Source of the DNA: Candidatus Faecicola pullistercoris
Lineage (GTDB): Bacteria > Bacillota > Clostridia > Christensenellales > CAG-917
Length of the DNA stretch: 64,000 bases
NCBI GenBank assembly: GCA_018714105.1
Contig: DVNW01000021.1
Location: 63,900 to 127,899, forward strand
Reading direction: 5' to 3'
Shown here: positions 1-7,905 of the stretch, in pieces
Numbering within the stretch: the first letter of the stretch is position 1
Layout: each line of letters begins with the position of its first letter
Notes under the pieces: generated by a model
What the model was told of the DNA's origin: nothing
Seen by the model: the letters and a program-made list of their open reading frames with translations, nothing else
The model's database searches: none
Made by a program: the position numbers and the translations under genes

Positions 1-1169
1 CTTTATCGGGCGCCTTGTTTCACAGCCGCGAGCCGGCCATAGGCGCTATGGGGCTTTATTCCAACGCGGGTATTTCGGCGTCGTTTACCATGCTGCTTTT
101 ACTGATACTGTTTGCGTTTACGGGTAACGGGCTGCTCGGAATAGTCGACATCACCATGCAGGACACTTATTCGAGGTTTGACTCCGATTATATTGTAATA
201 TCGTCATCAAACGATACGGAGCAGGGATATTCCGCGCTTCAAGACTATCTGGCCGCCGACGGGGTTACCGACGGGTGCCTTTTCAAAAAAACGTATTTCA
301 ATTATTTATATAAGTCGGACGGAACCGAATTACCCGAAACGGTCACCTCATACGCCGTTTCGGGAGGTAAGGATTTAAAATATTTTTCGCTGAACTGTAC
401 CGACAGTATGGTAGAGGAATTTGACGGAGTTCGGCACCCGATTATGATAACTTATTTCATGTCGCGAGAATACGGCATTAATCAGGGGGATACCGTAGTT
501 CTGAAAGACGCGACAGGAAATCCGTCTCCGGAATTGACCGTTGCCGCGATTGATACCACGGTTACGGCATGGGATTATACCGTGGTCTTTCTGATTGACG
601 ATTTGAAAACGAATGGAAGCCCCGTTCAGGCGGCTAACAGTTTCTGGCTTAACGGAGAAGCCGATTTCGACTTGCTCAGGCTTGCGGTTGACGGGGATGG
701 GGAAATTCTTTTTAAAACGGACGATTATTATCCGCTTCCGACCGCCAACGACGACCTCAGAGGCCTTCTGGCAGTATTTACCGGATTTGTTTATGTGCTT
801 ACGGCGGTGGCTTTGGCCAACCTTATTACCGTTACCGCATTTCAGCGCAAACACGAATTCGGCGTACTTGCATTGGCCGGAATGACGCCTTCAGGACAGG
901 TCAGAACAGTGGCTTTCGAGGCGGCGGAACTTGCAATTTCGGGCTTTGTTGCGGGAGCTCTTATTACTTTCGGGCTTAACAGGACTACGCCCGTTATGGC
1001 GGCGATGGTGGGGAGATACGTAATGGCGCAAGGTTTTACTTCGCAGACCATAACGATTCCGGCCTTGTGTACGGTACTGTTTGCGGCGGTATGGCTGACG
1101 GCTAACGCATTTGCGTCGAAAAAAGCCGAGCGCGGCGGGCTGGTGCATAACAGATTTTCGGGAGATTAG
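1..1169 (+). CDS. ABC transporter permease, FtsX-like domain (5' end probably outside the window)
   Basis: The frame is open from the window edge. The C-terminal part has the FtsX pattern (TAFQRKHEFGVLALAGMTPSGQVRTVAFEAAELAISGFVAGALITFGL) followed by further TM helices. A hairpin terminator follows. Confidence 0.7.
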   Translation, partial: LSGALFHSREPAIGAMGLYSNAGISASFTMLLLLILFAFTGNGLLGIVDITMQDTYSRFDSDYIVISSSNDTEQGYSALQDYLAADGVTDGCLFKKTYFNYLYKSDGTELPETVTSYAVSGGKDLKYFSLNCTDSMVEEFDGVRHPIMITYFMSREYGINQGDTVVLKDATGNPSPELTVAAIDTTVTAWDYTVVFLIDDLKTNGSPVQAANSFWLNGEADFDLLRLAVDGDGEILFKTDDYYPLPTANDDLRGLLAVFTGFVYVLTAVALANLITVTAFQRKHEFGVLALAGMTPSGQVRTVAFEAAELAISGFVAGALITFGLNRTTPVMAAMVGRYVMAQGFTSQTITIPALCTVLFAAVWLTANAFASKKAERGGLVHNRFSGD

Positions 1170-1175
1170 CAAAAC

Positions 1176-1202
1176 AAAAAATCGGGTAGTACCCGATTTT
1201 TT
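1176..1202. terminator. bidirectional intrinsic terminator between convergent genes
   Basis: aaaaatcggg-tagta-cccgattttt: a GC stem flanked by an A-run and a T-run, so it reads as a terminator on both strands. Confidence 0.6.
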
Positions 1203-1227
1203 GATTGTCCAGTGCGTTTTTGCCGCT

Positions 1228-1911
1228 TTATTTCTTTTTGGAAGGCAACTTCATTTTTTCTTTCATTTCGTTGAGTTTTGCCTGTGTTTCGGCTTTTTTG
1301 GCGGCTTGCTGTTCTTTCTTTATTTCCTTCTGCGCTTGTTTTTCTTCCTCTTCCTTGGCCTTCTTTTCCGCTTTCTTTTGCTTGCGTTTGAGTTTGATTC
1401 CGCCTTTAAGTATTTTTATGAGCTTCATTATTATGTAAAAGACGGCCATACCTCCCGATACTACACAGGTAGCTATTGCGACTATTCTGCGTATGCCGCT
1501 GTCGCCGGCCGCGTCCAAAGCGATAAGTGTGGCGGTTACAAGGTTTATAAGGAACATTATTTTCTTTATTATCGCAATTGTGTTTTTGGTGGTTTTGACG
1601 GCGTATTTATATTCACCCGTGGCTTTTTTGAACTTACGTTTGTCGTTTAAGGTCAGTATTATTACCAGCCCGAATGTAATGACGAATATTACGAGCGCTA
1701 TTATTACGAAAGGCCGGTAGGGGCTGGTTTCGCTGCTTTTCATAAAGCTGGCGACCGTGGATGCGATAAACAGCAGCAGCGAAAGTATGTTGAAAATCAT
1801 GAATATGCTTATCTTACGTTTTTTCTCTTTTTCAGGCGCTTTTTGCTGCGTTCTGTCGGGGGATTGATCGGCGACTTTGACGGGCGCGTTCTTGTTGGTT
1901 TTTTCAGCCAT
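1228..1911 (-). CDS. hypothetical multi-pass membrane protein with Lys/Glu-rich C-terminal tail
   Basis: The second ATG (1911) sits 6 nt after the RBS taaggaga. There are several hydrophobic helices, then a KRKQKKAEKKAKEEEEKQAQKEIKKEQQAAKKAE tail. I recognise no family. Confidence 0.55.
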   Translation of the reverse strand: MAEKTNKNAPVKVADQSPDRTQQKAPEKEKKRKISIFMIFNILSLLLFIASTVASFMKSSETSPYRPFVIIALVIFVITFGLVIILTLNDKRKFKKATGEYKYAVKTTKNTIAIIKKIMFLINLVTATLIALDAAGDSGIRRIVAIATCVVSGGMAVFYIIMKLIKILKGGIKLKRKQKKAEKKAKEEEEKQAQKEIKKEQQAAKKAETQAKLNEMKEKMKLPSKKK

Positions 1912-2014
1912 GTGCATTCTCCTTACGGATTTGGAATTTTATAAATATATTATAGCAAATATTTTTGTTTTTTGCTACCGTATGCAATAATTTTTACGCC
2001 CGACTCTTATTGTG

Positions 2015-2043
2015 TGGACAATTCCCTGCGCGCGGTGTATAAT
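2015..2043 (+). promoter_or_regulatory. sigma-A type promoter upstream of the ClC gene
   Basis: TGGACA, a 17-nt spacer, then TATAAT preceded by gtg (TGn-like). Confidence 0.45.
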
Positions 2044-2079
2044 AAAACTTGCGAAAACAACTTTTAATTTAGAGGGCTT

Positions 2080-3729
2080 ATGGACGACAACACCAGAAAA
2101 TCAGGGGCCTTTCGCTATAAAGACTATTTTCTTAATATCTTTTTACCTATTTTGTGTTATTGCGGCGGTACGGGAATTATCGTCGGGATTTTTATTTCGT
2201 TTTATCTGTACGGAGCGAACTGGCTGCTTCAGAAGTCGGTGTGGATTTATTCGTTTGTTGCGGCTAATCCCGGATATATCCCTCTGCTGTTCGCGGGGCT
2301 GACAGCGCTTGCGCTTCTCATGCGTCTGCTTTTTAAATTTATACCCGAAGTTACGGGCAGCGGTATTCCGCAGACCGAGGGATTGCTGAGAGGCATCATC
2401 ACTTTTAAATGGCTTAAAATACTTTTGGGTACGCTTATCGGCGGATATATATCGTTTTTTGCGGGCTTGCCTCTCGGCAGCGAGGGCCCGTCCGTGCAGA
2501 TGGGGGCTTGCCTCGCGCAAGGGGCCAGCGAACTTACCGATAACAAAAGAGCTTGGCGCAGATACGTTTACACCGGAGGCGCTAGTGCCGGTCTGGCAGT
2601 CGCGTGCAATGCTCCGCTGACGGGTATAGTATTCGCCCTTGAAGAAGCGCATAAACGCATTACGCCCATGATTCTGCTGTCGGCGGGCGCGTCCGTGCTT
2701 ACGGGCACGCTGGTTTCGGCTTTTATTAACAAGCACGTGCTTAAAACCGGCGGGTATATGTTCCCCCTGGAAAACCTGGTAGCGCCCAATATCAAGTATG
2801 TGTGGATGCTGCTTTTGCTGGGCGTTCTGGTAGGACTGCTTGCCGCCGTTTACAATCTCGTTATATTCCGTTTCAAAAAACCCGGCGCAAAAAAAAGCGT
2901 TCCGCTTACGCTTAAACTCATAGCCGTTTTCGTGCTTACTGGCGTCGCGGGCTTGTTTCTTCCGCAAGTTCTCGGCGGAGGCCATGAACTCGTAAACGAT
3001 ATTTTAAACAACAATATCAGCTGGGTAATCATATCGATTGTGCTTGTTGTAAAGTTTATCCTTATATTGCTGTGTTCCAATTCGGGCGCAACGGGAGGTA
3101 TGTTTATCCCCATGCTGGCCCTGGGCGCACTGATAGGGGCTCTGTGCGGTAAACTGTTTATGCTTTGGGGACTGCCGCCCGAGTCGTTTAACGTAATAGT
3201 AGTTATCGGAATGACTGCTTTTATGGGGGCCGTAGTCAGAGCTCCAGTTACCGCAATGATTCTGGTTATCGAACTTACGGGACAGCTGGCGGGATTTTTG
3301 CTTACGGGCATTACAATTTTTACGGCGATGTTTGTAATAGAAATTCTTAACGTCGAGCCGCTTTACGATAAACTTTTAAGCATTATCCTGAAACAAAATC
3401 GTTCCGCCGCGCCTAAGTCCATATTCTATATCGACATGGTTGTCAAAGAAGGTGCTTTCGTTGTGGGCAAAAGCGTAAGGGATATTCTTTGGCCCGCGCG
3501 TACTCTCGTTCTTAAAATTACCAACCTGTCGTCGGCTAAGGCGGGCACCGATAAGGACGGCGAAAAGAAAATCAAGCCCGATGACCTCTTTACCGTTCAA
3601 ATCGAAACCGCGCGCCTCTTTGAGGATATTGATTACCTCATCGACCTGTTCGGTAAGGACAGTCTCGTTGCCGTTAAATCCGACGAAGCACTGGTCAAAC
3701 AGAATTTGCCCGACCGAGAAAATCTGTGA
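2080..3729 (+). CDS. ClC family chloride channel / H+-Cl- antiporter with C-terminal TrkA-C (RCK_C)-like domain
   Basis: ClC signature segments GSGIPQ, GSEGPSVQMG, GIVFALEE and GGMFIPMLALGA. About 10 TM helices, then a soluble tail of about 100 aa. Confidence 0.85.
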   Translation: MDDNTRKSGAFRYKDYFLNIFLPILCYCGGTGIIVGIFISFYLYGANWLLQKSVWIYSFVAANPGYIPLLFAGLTALALLMRLLFKFIPEVTGSGIPQTEGLLRGIITFKWLKILLGTLIGGYISFFAGLPLGSEGPSVQMGACLAQGASELTDNKRAWRRYVYTGGASAGLAVACNAPLTGIVFALEEAHKRITPMILLSAGASVLTGTLVSAFINKHVLKTGGYMFPLENLVAPNIKYVWMLLLLGVLVGLLAAVYNLVIFRFKKPGAKKSVPLTLKLIAVFVLTGVAGLFLPQVLGGGHELVNDILNNNISWVIISIVLVVKFILILLCSNSGATGGMFIPMLALGALIGALCGKLFMLWGLPPESFNVIVVIGMTAFMGAVVRAPVTAMILVIELTGQLAGFLLTGITIFTAMFVIEILNVEPLYDKLLSIILKQNRSAAPKSIFYIDMVVKEGAFVVGKSVRDILWPARTLVLKITNLSSAKAGTDKDGEKKIKPDDLFTVQIETARLFEDIDYLIDLFGKDSLVAVKSDEALVKQNLPDRENL

Positions 3730-3807
3730 GTTAATTTTGGATTTCACGTGTATTTTCTTGACTAATTCCCCGCCTTGTGATAATATAATATCACTTTACG
3801 ATGCCTT

Positions 3808-3883
3808 GGGGGTGTAGCTCAACTGGTAGAGCGCTTGAATGGCATTCAAGAGGTAAGGGGTTCGACCCCCCTCATCTCCACCA
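3808..3883 (+). tRNA. tRNA-Ala (anticodon GGC), CCA encoded
   Basis: Manual cloverleaf: acceptor gggggtg/catctcc with G3:U70, D arm gctc-aactggta-gagc, anticodon arm cttga-atGGCat-tcaag, T arm agggg-ttcgacc-cccct, discriminator A plus CCA. Confidence 0.9.
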
Positions 3884-3952
3884 CCAAAACCGAACGGGAA
3901 AGCCGTTCGGTTTTTTTATGTTGGCGGGGGACGGGCTGCGCCCCGAAAGGCC
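3866..3952 (+). repeat. direct repeat copy 1 (tRNA-Ala 3' end + terminator + about 33 nt)
   Basis: 3866-3919 is identical to 4030-4083 (54 nt). Similarity continues with a few mismatches and one 1-nt indel to 3952/4117. Confidence 0.9.
3886..3917 (+). terminator. intrinsic terminator of tRNA-Ala
   Basis: aaaa-ccgaacgg-gaaag-ccgttcgg-ttttttt. Confidence 0.8.
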
Positions 3953-4029
3953 TTGCGCCTTTCCGAACCCCCGGGCTGACGCGATTGGCCCGAGGCAGCA
4001 ATCGCTGTTCCGTCGTAAAACTCCTTACG

Positions 4030-4117
4030 CCCCCCTCATCTCCACCACCAAAACCGAACGGGAAAGCCGTTCGGTTTTTTTATTTCGGCAGGGGGACGGG
4101 CTACGCCCCGAAAGACC
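4030..4117 (+). repeat. direct repeat copy 2 (orphan tRNA-Ala 3' fragment + second terminator copy)
   Basis: Same as copy 1, offset by 164 nt. No T-stem 5' strand or tRNA body precedes it, so it is a tRNA 3' fragment and not a second tRNA. Confidence 0.9.
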
Positions 4118-4321
4118 CAGGCAAACAAGGGTAGCATAGATTAGGCAATTGACCCGTGTACAAATATTGTTAAACTGTCCCGAAAACGGTGCATTGAATG
4201 TTCTAAAATATACTTATTAAGGGAAGCGTTGCTCCGCATGAGTAATTTAATAAATTTGGAAAAGCTGCAAAATGCATGACAATATATTATAGGCATGGTA
4301 GAATAAATAAGGAGTAAGCAT

Positions 4322-5317
4322 ATGTCGTTAGAAGCAAAGAAAACACTTATATTCCGATTATATCAGGTGCTGTACGAGTATTCTGACGCAGATCGCCCTT
4401 TAACACAAAGTAAAATAATAGAACTATTGGAAAAAAATTACGGCATCGAGGCCGAAAGAAAGGCGATAGGAAGAAATGTTTCGTACCTTACGGAAATGGG
4501 GATTGATATTGTCGGCACCCCTAAGGGGTGTTATCTTGCAGAACGGCATTTTGAGCATTCCGAGCTGCGCGTTTTAATAGACAGCATATTGTGCAGTCGT
4601 CATATAAATCCGAGTCATTCGGGAGCACTTATAGAAAAACTCATAAAATTCGGCGGACGCAATTTCAAAGCCCACGTCAAGCACGTTTTTTCCGTAAACG
4701 ATTGGAGCAAGTCCGAAAATCAGGAATTTTTTTATAATATCGACCTTATTGACGAAGCTATAGAAAAAGAAGTGCAGATAACGTTCGATTACAATAAGTA
4801 CGGTATCGATAAAAAACTTCATAAATCCAAGTCGCACAAAGTCAGTCCCTATCAGATGATACTGCGTAATCAGCATTATTTTCTTATGGCTTATGAGGAG
4901 TATTGGGGGAATATGGCGTTTTACAGGGTGGATAAAATCAGCAACATAAGCGTTAAGAAAACACCGCGTACGCCTTTACGCGAAATAAAAGGTTATGAGC
5001 GCGGTATCAATTATAAAGAGCTTGCGCTGTCCCGACCGTATATGTATTCGGATAAACCCGAAACAATAACGCTGACGTGCCCCGAATGGTTTTTCGACGA
5101 AGTGGTCGACTGGTTCGGAACTGATGTAGCAGTTAAAAAGGCGGACGGAAATATGATTCAGGTGACTTTGACGGCAAGTCCCAGAGCAATGTCATATTGG
5201 GCAATGCAGTACTGCAATTATGCGGAAGTTGTGTCGCCGCCGCATCTGCGTGACGGCATAAAAGACAAACTCGCCTCCGCAGCGGAAAAATACAGGCGGG
5301 AAAAACAGGATAATTAA
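4322..5317 (+). CDS. WYL domain transcriptional regulator (N-terminal wHTH, WYL, C-terminal WCX-like domain)
   Basis: RBS aaggag. The N-terminal HTH segment is LTQSKIIELLEKNYGIEAERKAIGRNVSYLTEMG. The WYL-type core is VSPYQMILRNQHYFLMAYEEYWGNMAFYRVDKISNI. The C-terminal segment is YAEVVSPPHLRDGIKDKL. Confidence 0.8.
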   Translation: MSLEAKKTLIFRLYQVLYEYSDADRPLTQSKIIELLEKNYGIEAERKAIGRNVSYLTEMGIDIVGTPKGCYLAERHFEHSELRVLIDSILCSRHINPSHSGALIEKLIKFGGRNFKAHVKHVFSVNDWSKSENQEFFYNIDLIDEAIEKEVQITFDYNKYGIDKKLHKSKSHKVSPYQMILRNQHYFLMAYEEYWGNMAFYRVDKISNISVKKTPRTPLREIKGYERGINYKELALSRPYMYSDKPETITLTCPEWFFDEVVDWFGTDVAVKKADGNMIQVTLTASPRAMSYWAMQYCNYAEVVSPPHLRDGIKDKLASAAEKYRREKQDN

Positions 5318-5558
5318 AGCCGAAAACTGCAAATATTCGACACAAACCGAAAGCCACAGTTTAAGTATTACGAATAATTGCTTCCGTTTTAAAAACGCTG
5401 TCGTAAGGACGGCGTCCTGCATATAAGGGCGGTTTAATGTTTAAAACTGAACCATATTGTTCTGAGTTTGGAAGGTTCAGAACCAGGATTAGCTCAAATT
5501 TTTGCATAAATTGCGTAAGTGAGGCGATTTTTGATTGATTTCGATATCTGTGCGCGCG

Positions 5559-5592
5559 ACAATGTCCTTTTTTAGGGTCATTGTTTTTTTTA
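5559..5592 (+). terminator. terminator-like hairpin plus T-run just upstream of the mini-DnaE gene
   Basis: acaatg...cattgt imperfect stem followed by ttttttttatt; it lies 30 nt before the ATG at 5622. Confidence 0.3.
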
Positions 5593-5621
5593 TTATTATG
5601 GTAACGGAGGTTTATACTTTT

Positions 5622-6641
5622 ATGAATAATACCGAAAATAATGCGACAAATGAGAAGATGCTTGCGGATGCCGACGCAATAGAAAAGGTGATTGCCGAGC
5701 TTCCCGTTTTGACAAGGCAAGGGACAATTGGCATTGTGAATATTCAAAGGGCATTGAGATGCGGATACGCGACGGCTGCAAAGATATACGATTTGATAAA
5801 AGATAAAAGCCGAATAAAGATAGAAAAGAGTTTTTTTGAACTTGACGCAAAAAGGCAAATGCTTTATCTTGAACAAATCCTGAACGACGCCCTGCCCGAC
5901 AGCGGATATACTCCGGACGAGGTGTATGAGAGGCTTTATAAAGAGATGGCGGTCATAGAGAGCCTCGGTATGGCGGCGGACTTTTTGTTTGCGCGGTCCG
6001 TTGCCGAAATTTTGCGCGAACTGAACCAAGCTCCGTGCTTTGTAGGGATAGGGTGTTGCTCTCTTGTGGCGTTTATGATCGGCATTACGGAGCCTGAACT
6101 CGATCCTATCGAACACGGACTCATCTTCGAACGCGGTTTCGGAGACGGCAAAAAGCCCGAAATGCCGTTTTCCTTCTTTGTTTCTCCCGAAACCGTGCCT
6201 GAATTTACGGAACGTATGAATAAGATTTACGGAGATACGCTTTCATTCAGACGCGACGGCGGATTAGTTTTGTCCGTAGGGGATACAAGCGTTACCGTTA
6301 TAGACACGATTGAACCTCTCCGACAGTCGTATGCCGGCATCGAGGAGTCAATCAATGACTCCGGCATAGCGGTATTTCAGGAAGACTATATGCGTATCAT
6401 GCATTACGCGGCAGGCTACGACTATACCGAGGCCGACAACATACGCAAAACAATAGGGAAGCGCAAAACGGAACAAATCGAAAAATACCGAAGGGAGTTT
6501 GTACGCAAGGCGGCGCATGGTCTTTCGCTTGCGGAAAGTCAGCGTTTGTTTGCCGAAATTGAATTCAAATTGAAACACGCCTGTTGCAAGGCGTATGTTC
6601 TGTCGGCAAAAACCGTTCTCGACGCCCTCTGTTTTGATTAA
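5622..6641 (+). CDS. FtsK-gamma-like winged helix fused to a truncated, catalytically inactive DNA polymerase III alpha (DnaE)-like fragment
   Basis: RBS ggagg. IGIVNIQRALRCGYATAAKIYDLIKDK resembles the FtsK gamma domain. ERLYKEMAVIESLG..DFLF..VGIGCCSLVAFMIGITEPELDPIEHGLIFERGF and VFQEDYMRIMHYAAGYDYTEADNIRKTIGKRKTEQIEKYRREF match conserved DnaE core motifs. The PDxDxDF catalytic aspartate position reads PEMPFSFF. Confidence 0.65.
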   Translation: MNNTENNATNEKMLADADAIEKVIAELPVLTRQGTIGIVNIQRALRCGYATAAKIYDLIKDKSRIKIEKSFFELDAKRQMLYLEQILNDALPDSGYTPDEVYERLYKEMAVIESLGMAADFLFARSVAEILRELNQAPCFVGIGCCSLVAFMIGITEPELDPIEHGLIFERGFGDGKKPEMPFSFFVSPETVPEFTERMNKIYGDTLSFRRDGGLVLSVGDTSVTVIDTIEPLRQSYAGIEESINDSGIAVFQEDYMRIMHYAAGYDYTEADNIRKTIGKRKTEQIEKYRREFVRKAAHGLSLAESQRLFAEIEFKLKHACCKAYVLSAKTVLDALCFD

Positions 6642-6655
6642 ATTTTCTTTAATTC

Positions 6656-6686
6656 AAAACCCCGCGCCGAAAAGCGCGGGGTTTTT
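6656..6686. terminator. bidirectional intrinsic terminator between convergent island genes
   Basis: aaaa-ccccgcgc-cgaaaa-gcgcgggg-ttttt. Confidence 0.8.
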
Positions 6687-6707
6687 AGTTCAGGCTGGTT
6701 ATAAACG

Positions 6708-7853
6708 TCAGTGGGTATTATTTAATCCGAGTTGTCTGAGTATATTTTTTGCCACATTGTCAATCATTTTTTCCTTATTGTCAATCATTTTTTCCTTTTC
6801 GGTATCTTCTTCAAAATACCATTTTACAACGGGGTTGTCTGCTCCCGATAACTTTGTGAGATTGATTTTGCAATTTTCATTAGCGTTTTCCTTGTCGGAT
6901 TGTTGGTTCGGATCAAGATTTAGTTCGTCTTTAAACCATTCGGGCTTTATGTACCACCATTTGTCCCCTTTTTGGCAATACAAGTTTGTGTAGTATGCTA
7001 CACGGCCAACTTCTTCATTATTATTTCCATGGTTTATTTTATAGATTTTGGGTTTGATTTTAGACATATCATAGCCTAGACTGCTAAGCTTGGACGTCAA
7101 AGCCTCAAAAAACGCGGTTCTTATTTGTTCCTTTACTGTATCCATACCGTCTGCCAATGCGCAGGCAGCCTTAAAGGTGTCCGCTTTGTTTATCATTTCA
7201 AGTATTTTTTCTGCATTCATTATATTTTTTGTCTCCTTCGTCAGAATTTCGCAATATTGACTTATCAGTCCGTTTTTGTTTGATTTTTCCAAATCTCCCA
7301 GCCATTTAGTCAGTTCTGCAAAGGAAAGATTGTAATATTCGGTGTTGTCGAGCGAGCATTTTTTTTCGCATTCGGAACAAGTGGTTTTATTTGCAGACCG
7401 TCCTGTCGGAGTAAGGAAAATCAGAGTAAATTGTTTGTTTGATTTTTGCAGATACCGATGATATCTTAAAAGTTGTGTCGGTTGTTCGCCCGCGCGCCAT
7501 TTAACTTCGATTGCGACGATATATTTTTCCGCTTCGAAATATAAGTCAATGCGTCCGTTCTTGGATTTCGGGCAGTCCGACATGGCAGGACAAAAGAATT
7601 CGCATTGGCTGCTACACAATTTACCTGCATTTTTGTTCTCGTTCAGTTTAAAAAGCTTTATAAAACTATCCCAATTATTATCAATCAGATATTTCAAAAA
7701 TCTGCTGTGAAATAATTCTTTATTTTCTATGTTCAGAATTTGGAAAATGTTATCGTTCGAAACGGAGCCGTATTCAAGTTCGGTCGTTTTCGGACAGCTT
7801 AGCAGCTCTTTGATTGCCTGTTGAAAATCATCAGTTTGATTATTATTCCCCAT
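6708..7853 (-). CDS. PD-(D/E)xK nuclease family protein (PDDEXK_4-like)
   Basis: Start at MGNNNQ with RBS ggagagg. N-terminal NIFQILNIENKELFHSRFLKYLID, then GRIDLYFEAEKYIVAIEVKWRAGEQPTQLLRYHRYL (D...E-x-K core). The C-terminal half has no family I recognise. Confidence 0.7.
   Translation of the reverse strand: MGNNNQTDDFQQAIKELLSCPKTTELEYGSVSNDNIFQILNIENKELFHSRFLKYLIDNNWDSFIKLFKLNENKNAGKLCSSQCEFFCPAMSDCPKSKNGRIDLYFEAEKYIVAIEVKWRAGEQPTQLLRYHRYLQKSNKQFTLIFLTPTGRSANKTTCSECEKKCSLDNTEYYNLSFAELTKWLGDLEKSNKNGLISQYCEILTKETKNIMNAEKILEMINKADTFKAACALADGMDTVKEQIRTAFFEALTSKLSSLGYDMSKIKPKIYKINHGNNNEEVGRVAYYTNLYCQKGDKWWYIKPEWFKDELNLDPNQQSDKENANENCKINLTKLSGADNPVVKWYFEEDTEKEKMIDNKEKMIDNVAKNILRQLGLNNTH
6756..6797 (-). 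repeat. perfect 21-bp tandem duplication inside the nuclease gene 3' end
   Basis: attgtcaatcattttttcctt occurs twice back to back and encodes KEKMIDN-KEKMIDN. Confidence 0.95.
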
Positions 7854-7905
7854 AAAGTCCTCTCCTTTGTGTATATAAAAATTATAACAATCAGTTTTCG
7901 CAGTG

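Noticed and set aside
1918-2079. A fluoride (crcB-type) riboswitch upstream of the ClC channel gene.
   Set aside because: The predicted 5' UTR is only about 35 nt and shows no conserved pseudoknot-like pairing. The protein looks like a general ClC with a TrkA-C tail, not a CLC-F.
3866-4117. A possible CRISPR array or tandem-repeat array.
   Set aside because: There are only two repeat copies, and they consist of a tRNA 3' end plus a terminator. No further repeats or cas genes occur anywhere in the window.
3801-4139. Two overlapping ORFs (112 and 99 aa) across the tRNA-Ala gene and the repeat region.
   Set aside because: They read through a tRNA, two terminator hairpins and the direct repeat. 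The repeated peptide LISTTKTERESRSVF is simply the translation of the duplicated DNA. Neither ORF has an RBS.
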